Below are positions 1-8,803 of a stretch of DNA of 38,792 bases, one piece after another. Within the stretch, counting starts at the first letter, position 1, and each line of letters opens with the position of its first letter. The notes below the pieces were generated by a model that was not told the origin of the DNA, did no database searches, and worked only from the letters and a program-made list of their open reading frames with translations. The DNA lies in the NCBI GenBank assembly GCA_002709385.1, contig PAQS01000005.1, forward strand, positions 39,425 to 78,216. Reading direction: 5' to 3'. The DNA comes from Waddliaceae bacterium. GTDB taxonomy: Bacteria; Chlamydiota; Chlamydiia; Chlamydiales; GCA-2709385. A program made the translations under genes and the position numbers.

Positions 1-469
1 TTGAACTTACATCAGAAAAAAGCAAGTCCGGTAAATTGTCAAAAACTCCAGACTGAAAAAATGACCCAGAATTAGAGTCTATAGACGGTACAGCTCCCGA
101 ATCAGTAGATCCAGGAACACGCTCTGGAGCAGAGGGCTGAAAAAAATGATGACCACGTTCTTTTTGGTACTCAGCCATTGTCAAACCAAATAAATCAGCT
201 ACTACCTGAGGGGTAAAACCGTGTACAGACTCTAACTTTTCCATAGCCCTACGACAATCAGGTTTTTTGCTTTTATGCGTTTTAGTGATTGGCACATTTA
301 TTCCAGGAATTTGTGATAAAGTCGGTTGCGCCACCCTACTTACTGATTCAAAACCTGGGGCGGGAACATAAGAAGAGTTCTCTCTCTGCCTTGGGTCTGT
401 ATTAAAATGTACATTCCCTTGAGCTTGATTTAGTGACGGATCGAAGAAAAAATTAAAATTAAAACTCAC
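1..469 (-). CDS. Partial CDS running off the left edge (5' end in window; hypothetical protein). Best ATG at 242-244; the frame is open back to 469 (GTG), where it is closed by TAA at 470-472.
   Basis: Minus-strand frame is open from 469 to position 1 with no stop. Translation reads ...MEKLESVHGFTPQVVADLFGLTMAEYQKERGHHFFQPSAPERVPGSTDSGAVPS... It is absent from the ORF track, presumably because it lacks a stop inside the window. Confidence 0.35.
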   Translation of the reverse strand, partial: MSFNFNFFFDPSLNQAQGNVHFNTDPRQRENSSYVPAPGFESVSRVAQPTLSQIPGINVPITKTHKSKKPDCRRAMEKLESVHGFTPQVVADLFGLTMAEYQKERGHHFFQPSAPERVPGSTDSGAVPSIDSNSGSFFQSGVFDNLPDLLFSDVSS

Positions 470-540
470 TTAAACACCTCTATATATATAAATTAATCAC
501 TTACTAAATTATTAAAACAAAAAAAATAGAACCTTTTTGC

Positions 541-581
541 CTCTAATTAACAAAAAAATAGATCACTTTTATTAATTAGAG
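541..581. repeat. Perfect 10-bp inverted repeat (CTCTAATTAA / TTAATTAGAG, 21-nt loop) between two minus-strand genes; possible weak terminator or operator.
   Basis: The repeat is seen directly in the sequence. The stem is AT-rich, and on the minus strand a T8 run lies about 13 nt downstream, so it is not a classical intrinsic terminator. Confidence 0.3.
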
Positions 582-699
582 ACAAAAAAAACAATGAGAT
601 CAGATAAAGAAAAAAATGGTCTTGAATTCAACAAATTAACCCCAATGGTGCCAACTCTTAAGTTGATACCATTGAGTATTTGAAGTGGATTTACAAAAA

Positions 700-1605
700 C
701 TAAGACGCTTTTACAGACACGTTCATATCATGAGGAAGCACATAAACTTTCTCATTTGGATTTAGCCCTATTTTCCCAACTGCATTAAATTTTTTAATTT
801 GTTCAAATAAAGCTACTGCCTGATTTTGATCTTTCACCTGTTCCAGTAAAGCAGCTAAAGATCTCCACTCTGCTGAATCGTTGATTTGATTGGCATCAGC
901 TCTTGCTTTAGCTGCAATACGCAGTGTTTCCGCTTTAGCTTCTGCTTCGATACAAGCAATTTCTTTCGCATTTTTTGCTTTCTCAAGGGCAAGCTTTTGT
1001 TTTTCACGCTCAATTTCTGCTGCAGCTTCTGCTTTTTTGATCGCAACTAATTTATTACTTTCGGCCAGACGAGCCTCTAAAAGAGCGGCCAACACTTTTC
1101 CATCTTGTACAACATTTAAGATCTCAACAGTTTTAAGGTTTACACCTCTTTCAAGAACTTGTTTACGAACAAGATCTGCTACCTTTGCACCAATAGCCAC
1201 TTTATTTGGTAAAATTTCATCTACATTATAGTTATTGAGTTCAGTTTGGAGAGCTGACATACATTCATCACGCAACTGCTTGGGCATTCCATAGCTAGAT
1301 ACAGCTTTGATGATGTCTGTGATTTTATAGACAATTCTAGCCTTTATTTGCATAGGCATGTGATCCTTACTTTGCCAACCACTTTCTTCTACGCACATAC
1401 GCTGCAAAGCCAATTCAATATAACATCTCTCTTTATTTGCTTCATTTCCCCAGCTACCAAGAAACATTGGTCGCTCTCCAAATAAGCACCAGCGTCGCCC
1501 AGCTTTTGCTAACTTTAATTTACCTGAAGAAGTTTCAATCACCATTGCATGGTTATATGGTACAACGAACATTCGAGGCATAATATAATCGCGATGACTA
1601 CCCAT
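700..1605 (-). CDS. SPFH/band-7 (flotillin/stomatin-like) domain protein with a C-terminal coiled-coil, Ala/Glu/Lys-rich region.
   Basis: 301-aa ORF; an AGGAG RBS lies 7 nt upstream of the ATG on the minus strand. The N-terminal half has the SPFH-like pattern (…KTVEILNVVQDGKVLAALLEARLAESNKLVAIKKAEAAAEIEREKQ…), which is typical of the band-7 C-terminal EA-rich helices. Confidence 0.7.
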   Translation of the reverse strand: MGSHRDYIMPRMFVVPYNHAMVIETSSGKLKLAKAGRRWCLFGERPMFLGSWGNEANKERCYIELALQRMCVEESGWQSKDHMPMQIKARIVYKITDIIKAVSSYGMPKQLRDECMSALQTELNNYNVDEILPNKVAIGAKVADLVRKQVLERGVNLKTVEILNVVQDGKVLAALLEARLAESNKLVAIKKAEAAAEIEREKQKLALEKAKNAKEIACIEAEAKAETLRIAAKARADANQINDSAEWRSLAALLEQVKDQNQAVALFEQIKKFNAVGKIGLNPNEKVYVLPHDMNVSVKAS

Positions 1606-1792
1606 ATAGAGACTCCTTTCTTTTTATGAAAAAGTTTTGAAAACAGCTCTTTTACAAAAGCAACTCTTTATAAGGAAAGTATTTTCTCATGATTAGATAA
1701 GCATTGGAGCTATTAACAAGAGATTTTCTATTGTTTTTTCACTAAGTCCGTGAGAGAATCGGATAAATAGCACTTACCCCAAATCTTTAGAA

Positions 1793-2707
1793 ATGAGCAA
1801 AAAAAACACAGGTCCATTCGTTAGTCAAATCTCTCTTGATCTTGCTGAGCAGTTGAAAATTGACCTTAAAGAACAAGGCTTTGAGTTAAAAAAGCCAGAC
1901 TACACGGTTTTTGCTGCACGCAAAAAAGGTGTTTCTTGCACTCTTTATGAATCGGGGAAATTGGTGGTACAAGGTAAGGATAAAGATGAATTTATCGAGT
2001 TTTATTTAGAGCCTCAAATTTTAGAAGATTTTTCATACTCTCATGGTGATTCTCTTATTGAAGAAAAACTTGATCTCACACCTCACTGTGGAGTCGATGA
2101 GGCTGGTAAAGGAGACTATTTTGGTTCTTTATGCGTAGCAGGGGTTTATGCTGATTCCGAGCAAATCAAAAAATTATCTTCTATTGGAATTATGGATTCC
2201 AAGGTAATTAAAGATCCTAAAATTCGTCCTTTAGCCAAAGAAATTGTTTCTATTTGCCCTTATCATCTCGTCAAAATAAGTCCTGAAAAGTACAATGAGC
2301 TGTATCCGCGCTTCAATAACCTGAACCGTTTACTTGCTTGGGGACATGCTACAGTGATCGAAAACTTAGTGAAACAAACAGGTGCAACGAACGTATTAGT
2401 TGACCAATTTGGTTCAAAGTCTTTAGTTGCTGATGCGCTCTCTAGAAAAGGCGTAAGTATTCATTTAGATCAGCGTCCCCGTGCAGAAGAAGACGTCGTT
2501 GTAGCTGCAGCGTCTATCATTGCTAGGGCTGCTTTTTTGCGTAGCATACAGGATCTAGAAGAGCAATTTTCTTTTACTTTTCCAAAAGGAGCTGGATCCC
2601 CTGTAACGAAAGCCGGAAAAAAATTTCTTTCTCAATTTGGTAAAGAGCAATTAGGTAAAGCTGCTAAGCTTCACTTTAAAACAACCGAGGGTCTCCTCCA
2701 GGATTAG
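1793..2707 (+). CDS. rnhC: Ribonuclease HIII.
   Basis: 304 aa with the RNase HII/HIII catalytic motif DEAGKGDYFGSLCVAGV, plus the roughly 80-aa N-terminal extension characteristic of HIII rather than HII. Confidence 0.85.
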   Translation: MSKKNTGPFVSQISLDLAEQLKIDLKEQGFELKKPDYTVFAARKKGVSCTLYESGKLVVQGKDKDEFIEFYLEPQILEDFSYSHGDSLIEEKLDLTPHCGVDEAGKGDYFGSLCVAGVYADSEQIKKLSSIGIMDSKVIKDPKIRPLAKEIVSICPYHLVKISPEKYNELYPRFNNLNRLLAWGHATVIENLVKQTGATNVLVDQFGSKSLVADALSRKGVSIHLDQRPRAEEDVVVAAASIIARAAFLRSIQDLEEQFSFTFPKGAGSPVTKAGKKFLSQFGKEQLGKAAKLHFKTTEGLLQD

Positions 2708-2710
2708 TGT

Positions 2711-3151
2711 ATGTTGAGTAACCGATTTATCTACACCATTACTCTCATTGCAACAGTATCGATCTTAACTTTAGGTGCTTTTGCTGTATACCGAACCATG
2801 TCTATTCCTGGTCTCATTCAACGAATATCTACAAAAGAAGTAAAAGCAGTAGAGTTCGTTCTTAACGATACCCCCTACCCTTTAAGTTTTGAGCAGCAGC
2901 AACATTTCATCAATCTCTTAAATTACTTAGACGAAGTAAACGAGCGTTCTTTGCCTTCTCTTGTAACGAGTGATTCTCCGCCTGAGTTATTTCGCGTATA
3001 CCTATTTAGTAAAGAAGAATTCATAGTGAATATTCTTGGTAAATCTGATGACTATTTAGTTTTTCGTATAGAAAAGTGGGGTAAAAACCAACTTTATCGT
3101 GAACGCGAAGGAATGGATTTCAGAACATTTATCGAGGGAATGCACGATTAA
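2711..3151 (+). CDS. Hypothetical membrane-anchored protein (single N-terminal TM helix).
   Basis: 146-aa ORF placed 3 nt after the rnhC stop and 3 nt before recN. N-terminal hydrophobic segment IYTITLIATVSILTLGAFAVY. Confidence 0.5.
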   Translation: MLSNRFIYTITLIATVSILTLGAFAVYRTMSIPGLIQRISTKEVKAVEFVLNDTPYPLSFEQQQHFINLLNYLDEVNERSLPSLVTSDSPPELFRVYLFSKEEFIVNILGKSDDYLVFRIEKWGKNQLYREREGMDFRTFIEGMHD

Positions 3152-3154
3152 AAC

Positions 3155-4834
3155 GTGGATGGAGCCATGTTACAGCACTTGTATATTGAAAACGTGATTC
3201 TTATTGAAGAAGCCACGATTGATTTTTCACAAGGTTTCAATGTTCTTACTGGAGAGTCGGGTGCTGGAAAATCAGCTGTTCTCCAAGCTCTTGAACTTAT
3301 ATTAGGGCGCCGTGCCGATGCTCATTTGATCCGAAAAGGAAGTCAACATGCTGTTGTTGAAGCAAGTTTTGATTTAAGTTCTCAATCTGAAATTATCCAT
3401 TTTTTAACTCGTTCAGGTGTCCCACAAGATGCTAGTGACCCCTTATTGATCCGAAGAGAGCTGTATAATAACGGTAAAAACCGCATCTTCATTAATCACC
3501 GCCTTGTCCAACTACATTTATTGCGACAACTCGCCGAACATTTAGTAGATTTTGCAGGACAACACGCTCATCAAAAATTATTCGATCCTGATTTTCAGAG
3601 AGCTGTTTTAGACAGTTTTGGTCAGCATGAAGAGCTTCTAAAATCCCTTGCAAAAGAATGGAAGCAACTGAAAACGCTTCAACAAAAGCTACAAAAGCTA
3701 CTAAAACAAGCAGCTACTCAAAAAGAAGAAACAGAACGTTGCTTGTCTGACATCGAAGAAATTGAAGATGCTCAGTTGAAAGAAAATGAAGATGAAACAC
3801 TTTTTGCCGAGTACAGCTCTCTCAGCCATGCTGAAGAATTACAAGAAATTATTTCTCACGTACAAGATCTCTTTCAAGATAGAGAAGACTCTGCTTTAGC
3901 CATGCTTCGTAGAGGTCGGGGATCTCTCGATAAAATCCAGCAATACGACCCTTCTTTTTCAGAAGCCCTTCATTGTTTTCAAGAATCAATCGTCAATCTC
4001 GAGGAAGTTCTTTTCGCTCTGCAAGAAAGAAAGAGTAAAGCACATCATGACCCTAATCGCATGGAGTACCTTAACTCTCGCCTTACCCTTATTTCCCAAT
4101 TAAAACGCAAGTACGGGGAAGACATTCCATCTATCTTAGAGAGCTTAAAAAAGCGGAAAAACGAATTAGAGAAACTCGATAATTTGGACATGGAAATAGA
4201 AGATCTTCAAAAAGAACTTGCCATATCTGATCAAAAATGCAGCCATCTCTGTGAAGAATTAACAGAAAAGCGAAAAGAAAATGCACAAAAACTTGCCCAA
4301 GCCATTGTTCCCCCTCTCCGAAAACTGAAAATGCCTCGAGTAGAGTTTCGTGCTCAGTTAAAAAAACAAAACCGTAATGAATATGGTGATGAATACATCG
4401 AATTTCTCATGAAGCCCAATTTGGGAGAAAAAATGGTCCCTGTTCGAGACTGTGCAAGTGGCGGTGAACTGTCACGTCTCATGCTGGTTATCAAACACCT
4501 TCTTGCTGGAATGGATAAAACCCCAACCCTTGTTTTCGATGAAATTGACGCCAACCTAGGAGGAGAAACAGCTTCTGTAGTAGCACAAAAACTGCAACAT
4601 TTGTCTCAAAGCCACCAGGTTATTTGTATTACTCACCTTGCCCAAGTAGCTCAAGCCGCTGAGCATCACTTAGCAATTATAAAAGAAGAGCAAGGACAAA
4701 GAACCTTTACCCGAATTCACCTTCTTGAAGTAGATCAAAGACAAGCAGAAATTGCTCGCATGCTTGGCGGAAGAGACTTTAGTGAAGCGACTTGGGACTT
4801 AGCGAAAGAGGTTCTTTCTAAAAGCTTCCCATAA
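3155..4834 (+). CDS. recN: DNA repair protein RecN.
   Basis: 559 aa. N-terminal Walker A in MLQHLYIENVILIEEATIDFSQGFNVLTGESGAGKS, a long central coiled coil, and the C-terminal SMC-like signature (…GGELSRLMLVIKHLLAG…LVFDEIDANLGG…). Confidence 0.9.
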   Translation: MDGAMLQHLYIENVILIEEATIDFSQGFNVLTGESGAGKSAVLQALELILGRRADAHLIRKGSQHAVVEASFDLSSQSEIIHFLTRSGVPQDASDPLLIRRELYNNGKNRIFINHRLVQLHLLRQLAEHLVDFAGQHAHQKLFDPDFQRAVLDSFGQHEELLKSLAKEWKQLKTLQQKLQKLLKQAATQKEETERCLSDIEEIEDAQLKENEDETLFAEYSSLSHAEELQEIISHVQDLFQDREDSALAMLRRGRGSLDKIQQYDPSFSEALHCFQESIVNLEEVLFALQERKSKAHHDPNRMEYLNSRLTLISQLKRKYGEDIPSILESLKKRKNELEKLDNLDMEIEDLQKELAISDQKCSHLCEELTEKRKENAQKLAQAIVPPLRKLKMPRVEFRAQLKKQNRNEYGDEYIEFLMKPNLGEKMVPVRDCASGGELSRLMLVIKHLLAGMDKTPTLVFDEIDANLGGETASVVAQKLQHLSQSHQVICITHLAQVAQAAEHHLAIIKEEQGQRTFTRIHLLEVDQRQAEIARMLGGRDFSEATWDLAKEVLSKSFP

Positions 4835-4860
4835 TTCCACGCATTCTCACGCACATCTAC

Positions 4861-4889
4861 TTGACAATATCCCATATGCCGAGTACAAA
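4861..4889 (+). promoter_or_regulatory. Candidate sigma-70/66-type promoter (TTGACA, 17-nt spacer, TACAAA) upstream of the 4917 gene.
   Basis: A perfect -35 hexamer TTGACA at 4861-4866, then a 17-nt spacer, then a 4/6 match to TATAAT at 4884-4889. No experimental support. Confidence 0.35.
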
Positions 4890-4916
4890 CAGGTAGTTAA
4901 AGACATATTTTATCCC

Positions 4917-5831
4917 TTGGTGGGAGGGCGTTGCGTGTTTAGAAAATTTCTGAGTTGTTTGCTGATTCCTAGTATCATCGCGTGTAGCTTCTTAAGCGCT
5001 GATAGCTTTAGGGATAGAGAAGAAGAAGATAATCCTTTTGGCCGGCACTTTTTTTGGGACAATGAGTTCTACTACTATCAAGATGCTGATTTTACTGATA
5101 TAGCTGACAGTATTCGTTATTACGAAGGCCGCTCAGAACTTCGCTACCAATTTGGTATTGATCCAGAGCATGCTATTTACATCGGTGGTGGTTATGAGCT
5201 TATTGGTTTAAAGTGGTTAGCTAATCCGCACTTCTCGGACGACCGTTTTGAACGTTTTATTGCTACTGTAGGTCTTGTAAGTGTTTGTTTTACAGACTGG
5301 GTTTGGAAGTCGCGCATTTCCTTATATAGTGATTTAGACGAAGCCTTTCGTCATCGCTATAATCTCTATGAAGGAATGGCATGGGGAACTTACGACTGGA
5401 ACCATAGAACAAATGTTCATATTGGTCTTTTAGCTCGTATCGGCATGCATCAAGAAGATATTTACCCTATTTTAGGTTTTGATTATCGCCCAACTCAGTG
5501 CTGGGAATTTTCCGTAATCTTCCCTATGGATACTTCTATTATGTACCACCCAAATGAAGACTGGTCTATGGGTGTTGCTATTCGTTATGCAAAAACAAGA
5601 GCTCGTGTCGGTGCTTTAGAAACCGTACCTAATGCCATTTTTGAATACATGAATTATGGTGGTGAGCTACGTTTAAACTTTCACCCACACCCAGCATTTA
5701 AGCTAAGTCTTGTAGGTGGATCAACGATTAGTGGTGAAATCGAAGTATTTGATGCCACAGGTAATACAATTGACAAACAAGATATTGATCCTTCTATCTA
5801 TTTTGGTGGGTCTCTAGATTTGATTTACTAA
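4917..5831 (+). CDS. Secreted or outer-membrane candidate protein (signal peptide, Tyr/Gly/aromatic-rich). The true start is probably GTG at 4935.
   Basis: The ORF track starts at TTG 4917. GGAGGG (4923-4928) lies 6 nt before GTG 4935, which would give an N-terminus MFRKFLSCLLIPSIIACSFLSADS (n/h/c signal-peptide architecture). The remainder is aromatic/Gly-rich with alternating patterns, as in beta-barrel OMPs. Confidence 0.55.
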   Translation: MVGGRCVFRKFLSCLLIPSIIACSFLSADSFRDREEEDNPFGRHFFWDNEFYYYQDADFTDIADSIRYYEGRSELRYQFGIDPEHAIYIGGGYELIGLKWLANPHFSDDRFERFIATVGLVSVCFTDWVWKSRISLYSDLDEAFRHRYNLYEGMAWGTYDWNHRTNVHIGLLARIGMHQEDIYPILGFDYRPTQCWEFSVIFPMDTSIMYHPNEDWSMGVAIRYAKTRARVGALETVPNAIFEYMNYGGELRLNFHPHPAFKLSLVGGSTISGEIEVFDATGNTIDKQDIDPSIYFGGSLDLIY

Positions 5832-5857
5832 AAGATCCCCTTCCAGGGGTCTTTGCA

Positions 5858-5896
5858 GCACTCGGTTGACTCTATATCAGCCGGGTGCTTTTTTTT
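5858..5896 (+). terminator. Rho-independent terminator after the 4917 gene.
   Basis: GCACTCGG…(15-nt loop)…CCGGGTGC stem (one mismatch) followed directly by T8. Confidence 0.65.
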
Positions 5897-5961
5897 GTCT
5901 TTACTCTTCTTTCAAAGTCGTTTTATTGTGCAAATAAAGAAAGTATCAATAGGGGTTCGGA

Positions 5962-6678
5962 ATGATTGCTGATGTGACTCAATGGATCACAATGGATCTT
6001 ATGCGCTTGAGTTGGGAAGAACTTTGTGATAATGCAGATCAATTAATGATTGATCCTTCCTGGATTGATCAGTATCAAGATCACTTAGAAATGCATTTAG
6101 ATGCCTTACGTATAAACATTCTACGAAAAGAGTATAAAGCACCTCATGATCCTAATTGCGGTATAAAACAAATCGACTTTCTCCTCGCTCAAGAAGTGGC
6201 ACGGCAACTCCTTCTTCCTTTTGCTCAATTTTGGGTACTAGAAAGTGGTGATAAACCTTCCGAAAGAAGTGATGGCATATTAATCGATATCCGTAAGCTT
6301 TTGAGTCAAATTCCTACTGCCTTACTCATGCGCCTTGTCCGACACTACATAGAAACCCCTACTCTCCTTACTCTCATTGCTGCCTTGCTTGAAAACAACC
6401 TTATGCATCGAGAAAACCTACATATTACCCTACCTAGCGAATCTCAGGGGTCTATGTTATCCGCTTTATTAGTAGATCTTACTTTACACGCTTTATTTGG
6501 GCGACTCCACCATAAAGGCTATATCTGCCACAGACATGATCGTGAAATCATGACTCTGTACCCTCCACAAATAGAAGAAAACGAGACTATACTAACAAAA
6601 GAATCTGCTTATTCGTTCTTATTAGATACCCTTAAGGAAATTTACTTAGAAAAAGTAGATAAGCAAAGAATGGACTAA
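5962..6678 (+). CDS. Hypothetical protein.
   Basis: 238-aa ORF with an AGGGG Shine-Dalgarno-like upstream; no recognisable motif. Confidence 0.5.
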   Translation: MIADVTQWITMDLMRLSWEELCDNADQLMIDPSWIDQYQDHLEMHLDALRINILRKEYKAPHDPNCGIKQIDFLLAQEVARQLLLPFAQFWVLESGDKPSERSDGILIDIRKLLSQIPTALLMRLVRHYIETPTLLTLIAALLENNLMHRENLHITLPSESQGSMLSALLVDLTLHALFGRLHHKGYICHRHDREIMTLYPPQIEENETILTKESAYSFLLDTLKEIYLEKVDKQRMD

Positions 6679-6686
6679 GATCGTTG

Positions 6687-6722
6687 ATGGCTACCTAATC
6701 TCGTATTAGATTAGATAGCCAT
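6687..6722. repeat. Palindromic intergenic repeat, copy A (ATGGCTACCTAATCTCGTATTAGATTAGATAGCCAT), between convergent genes.
   Basis: 15-bp imperfect palindrome. It shares the core CCTAATCTCG(C/T)AT…AGATT with the copies at 13551 and 20605. Confidence 0.6.
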
Positions 6723-6748
6723 TGAAGATGGTAAAACAAAATTCACAA

Positions 6749-8668
6749 CTATAGATTACAAACACTCAAATTAGAAATATATTCTCGAAAATCTCCGAAA
6801 TACGTAGAGACTACAGTTTGAAACTCTTCACTGTAAGTATTTTTTGCAAAAGAAGGAACACAAGATGAAAGCAACTGCTCATGAGTAGTATCGTAAGACA
6901 GAACTCCTGGCGAAGCGAGAGCCACTAACAACTCGTAAATACTTTGCATATCTTGAATACGCTCACTAAATAATGTCCTATCTTTTGGATTTTTACTTAA
7001 ATTAAAGAAAAAACTACTTTCTTTTTCTAATATAGAACTCAATCCTGTTAAATAACCAACCCCTCTTGGAGTTGCATCTAAACTAGATTTACGAACAAAA
7101 CTTAAAGTATTTAAAAAATTTTCTTTTTGTGCTTTAAGATCTAAACCTTTTTCTTTTGCAAAAGATTTAAACACATTTACGCTACTACTTTCTCTCTGAT
7201 TTAAAGCCATATTACGATAAGAAATTGTAATAGGATTGAAAAGTCGAAGAGCAAAGAAACTGATAAACAAAGAGGGAGCGAGAGAACGAAGTAGACCAGG
7301 AGATTCTTGATCATTATCATTTCTCATAGCTAAAACCATTCCTTTAAAAAAACTATTCACTTTATTATGAGAACTCGAATTCAAGGCTTCTAAAAAGACG
7401 TTTAAAATTTTAAAAACAGACCTATGAGCCCGCATAATTCCTATATTAGGATCGGGGAAAACACCTATTAGTCCATTAGCTTCTGGATCTTTTTTATCCA
7501 AACAAAAAGGTTTTTGATCTACTTCATGATGGGCTAGATAAGGACTAAGATGTAAAAACAATTCTTCTCTAAATTTTCCACAAACTTTAAATGAAGCTTC
7601 GGCAAGTAATCTATTACAAAAAGTATCTTCTCTCCATGGAGAGAACTTTTTCATCAATCTATCTATAGACTCTCTCATTTTATCTTCAATTTCTAACTTT
7701 AGTTTTTCTGCTTGTGCAGAAAGTTTACTAATCGAACCTAGTACTTCTTGTTTAGAGTTATTTTTTGATTGATATACACTCTTACTGTGAGGAGCTTTTT
7801 GCGTAGATTCTCCTATCTTCATCGAATAATTACGAAGAAACTGTATCTGCTCATGAATACCTTGTAATTGGTTTCGCATTACAAAAGTAGATTCCCAAGC
7901 TTCCGAAACACCACTTAACTCAACTTGCAACTCTTCTCTTAAACGCTCCATTTCAATACTCACCAAGTGATAAGTAAAATATGTCATATCATCAGAAGTC
8001 AAATTATTTAAGAAACTCAAAGAATCGGCCCAAGCCTTATCGCGGTCTTCTTGTGATCCTTCAAACTTCATCATCTTATTAGGCCACTTCTGCATAAGAG
8101 CTCGGAAGTAGAGGTGACAATTTTTCCCTAAAAATTTGATTGCTTTAGCATCACACTCTCTTAAACGACTACTAGCTTCATCATCCCAATCTGAAAAGCT
8201 TCTTCCTTGAGGTGGATCTCCTGCATAGATTAGTATTTGCTCTTCTCGTTCAGCGATACACTTTTCTACAAACTCATATAGCTTTTCATCAATCTTTTGT
8301 TGAGTAAAGCTATAGTGATCAATAGGTTCAATTTTAACTTCTTCTTTTTCAAATTCCTGAGTAAAATCTAAAAAACATTCTCTTTTTAAAGAAGGGAGTT
8401 TATTTAATAAAGAAAGATCTATACTTGTATCTTTTATATTAGCTTGCTTTCTACCTAATTTTGTTAGCTTATCTATTTTTGATCGATCAGCTTCTTTTAC
8501 ACTCAATTCAGCAAGTCTTGATGTTTTTGATTGAAGTGGTTTTTTTATACGTTTCTTAGAAAAACTTTCACGAAGATTAACAACTGAATCTCTACACTGT
8601 ATATCTTTATTATCTGTGATTTGTAAATCACTATTACTGATTGGATTGACTGAACTCATACACAACAC
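6749..8668 (-). CDS. Large hypothetical protein (639 aa), candidate secreted effector.
   Basis: Long ORF with a Ser/Asn-rich N-terminus and no housekeeping motif recognised. It is divergent from the 8804 gene across an AT-rich region. Confidence 0.55.
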   Translation of the reverse strand: MLCMSSVNPISNSDLQITDNKDIQCRDSVVNLRESFSKKRIKKPLQSKTSRLAELSVKEADRSKIDKLTKLGRKQANIKDTSIDLSLLNKLPSLKRECFLDFTQEFEKEEVKIEPIDHYSFTQQKIDEKLYEFVEKCIAEREEQILIYAGDPPQGRSFSDWDDEASSRLRECDAKAIKFLGKNCHLYFRALMQKWPNKMMKFEGSQEDRDKAWADSLSFLNNLTSDDMTYFTYHLVSIEMERLREELQVELSGVSEAWESTFVMRNQLQGIHEQIQFLRNYSMKIGESTQKAPHSKSVYQSKNNSKQEVLGSISKLSAQAEKLKLEIEDKMRESIDRLMKKFSPWREDTFCNRLLAEASFKVCGKFREELFLHLSPYLAHHEVDQKPFCLDKKDPEANGLIGVFPDPNIGIMRAHRSVFKILNVFLEALNSSSHNKVNSFFKGMVLAMRNDNDQESPGLLRSLAPSLFISFFALRLFNPITISYRNMALNQRESSSVNVFKSFAKEKGLDLKAQKENFLNTLSFVRKSSLDATPRGVGYLTGLSSILEKESSFFFNLSKNPKDRTLFSERIQDMQSIYELLVALASPGVLSYDTTHEQLLSSCVPSFAKNTYSEEFQTVVSTYFGDFREYISNLSVCNL

Positions 8669-8803
8669 CTCAATTATCTACTTAATAAAAAAATAACAAA
8701 AAAACATTGTTTTATTATTAATTAAAAATTAAGAATAAATGAATTTGATATTTAAACAGTTTTAACTCATAATATCTTATTTAAAATAAATAAATTCCAA
8801 ATT

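Noticed and set aside
855-1231. Short ORFs 855-1046 (-) and 890-1231 (+) inside or antisense to the SPFH gene.
   Set aside because: They lie entirely within a well-supported longer CDS, have Ala/Ser/Lys low-complexity translations caused by the GCT/GCA-rich coiled-coil region, and have no RBS.
4354-4554. 66-aa antisense ORF inside recN.
   Set aside because: Embedded antisense in a confidently identified gene; spurious.
7150-7500. RasGAP-like signatures in the 639-aa protein: IMRAHRSVFK resembles the FRxNxxxxK arginine-finger loop, and FFALRLFNPITIS resembles the FLR motif.
   Set aside because: The two motifs are only about 62 residues apart, versus about 115 in genuine RasGAP domains, and the PROSITE-style pattern fails at 4 of 14 positions. 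It is probably coincidental; only a profile search could revive it.
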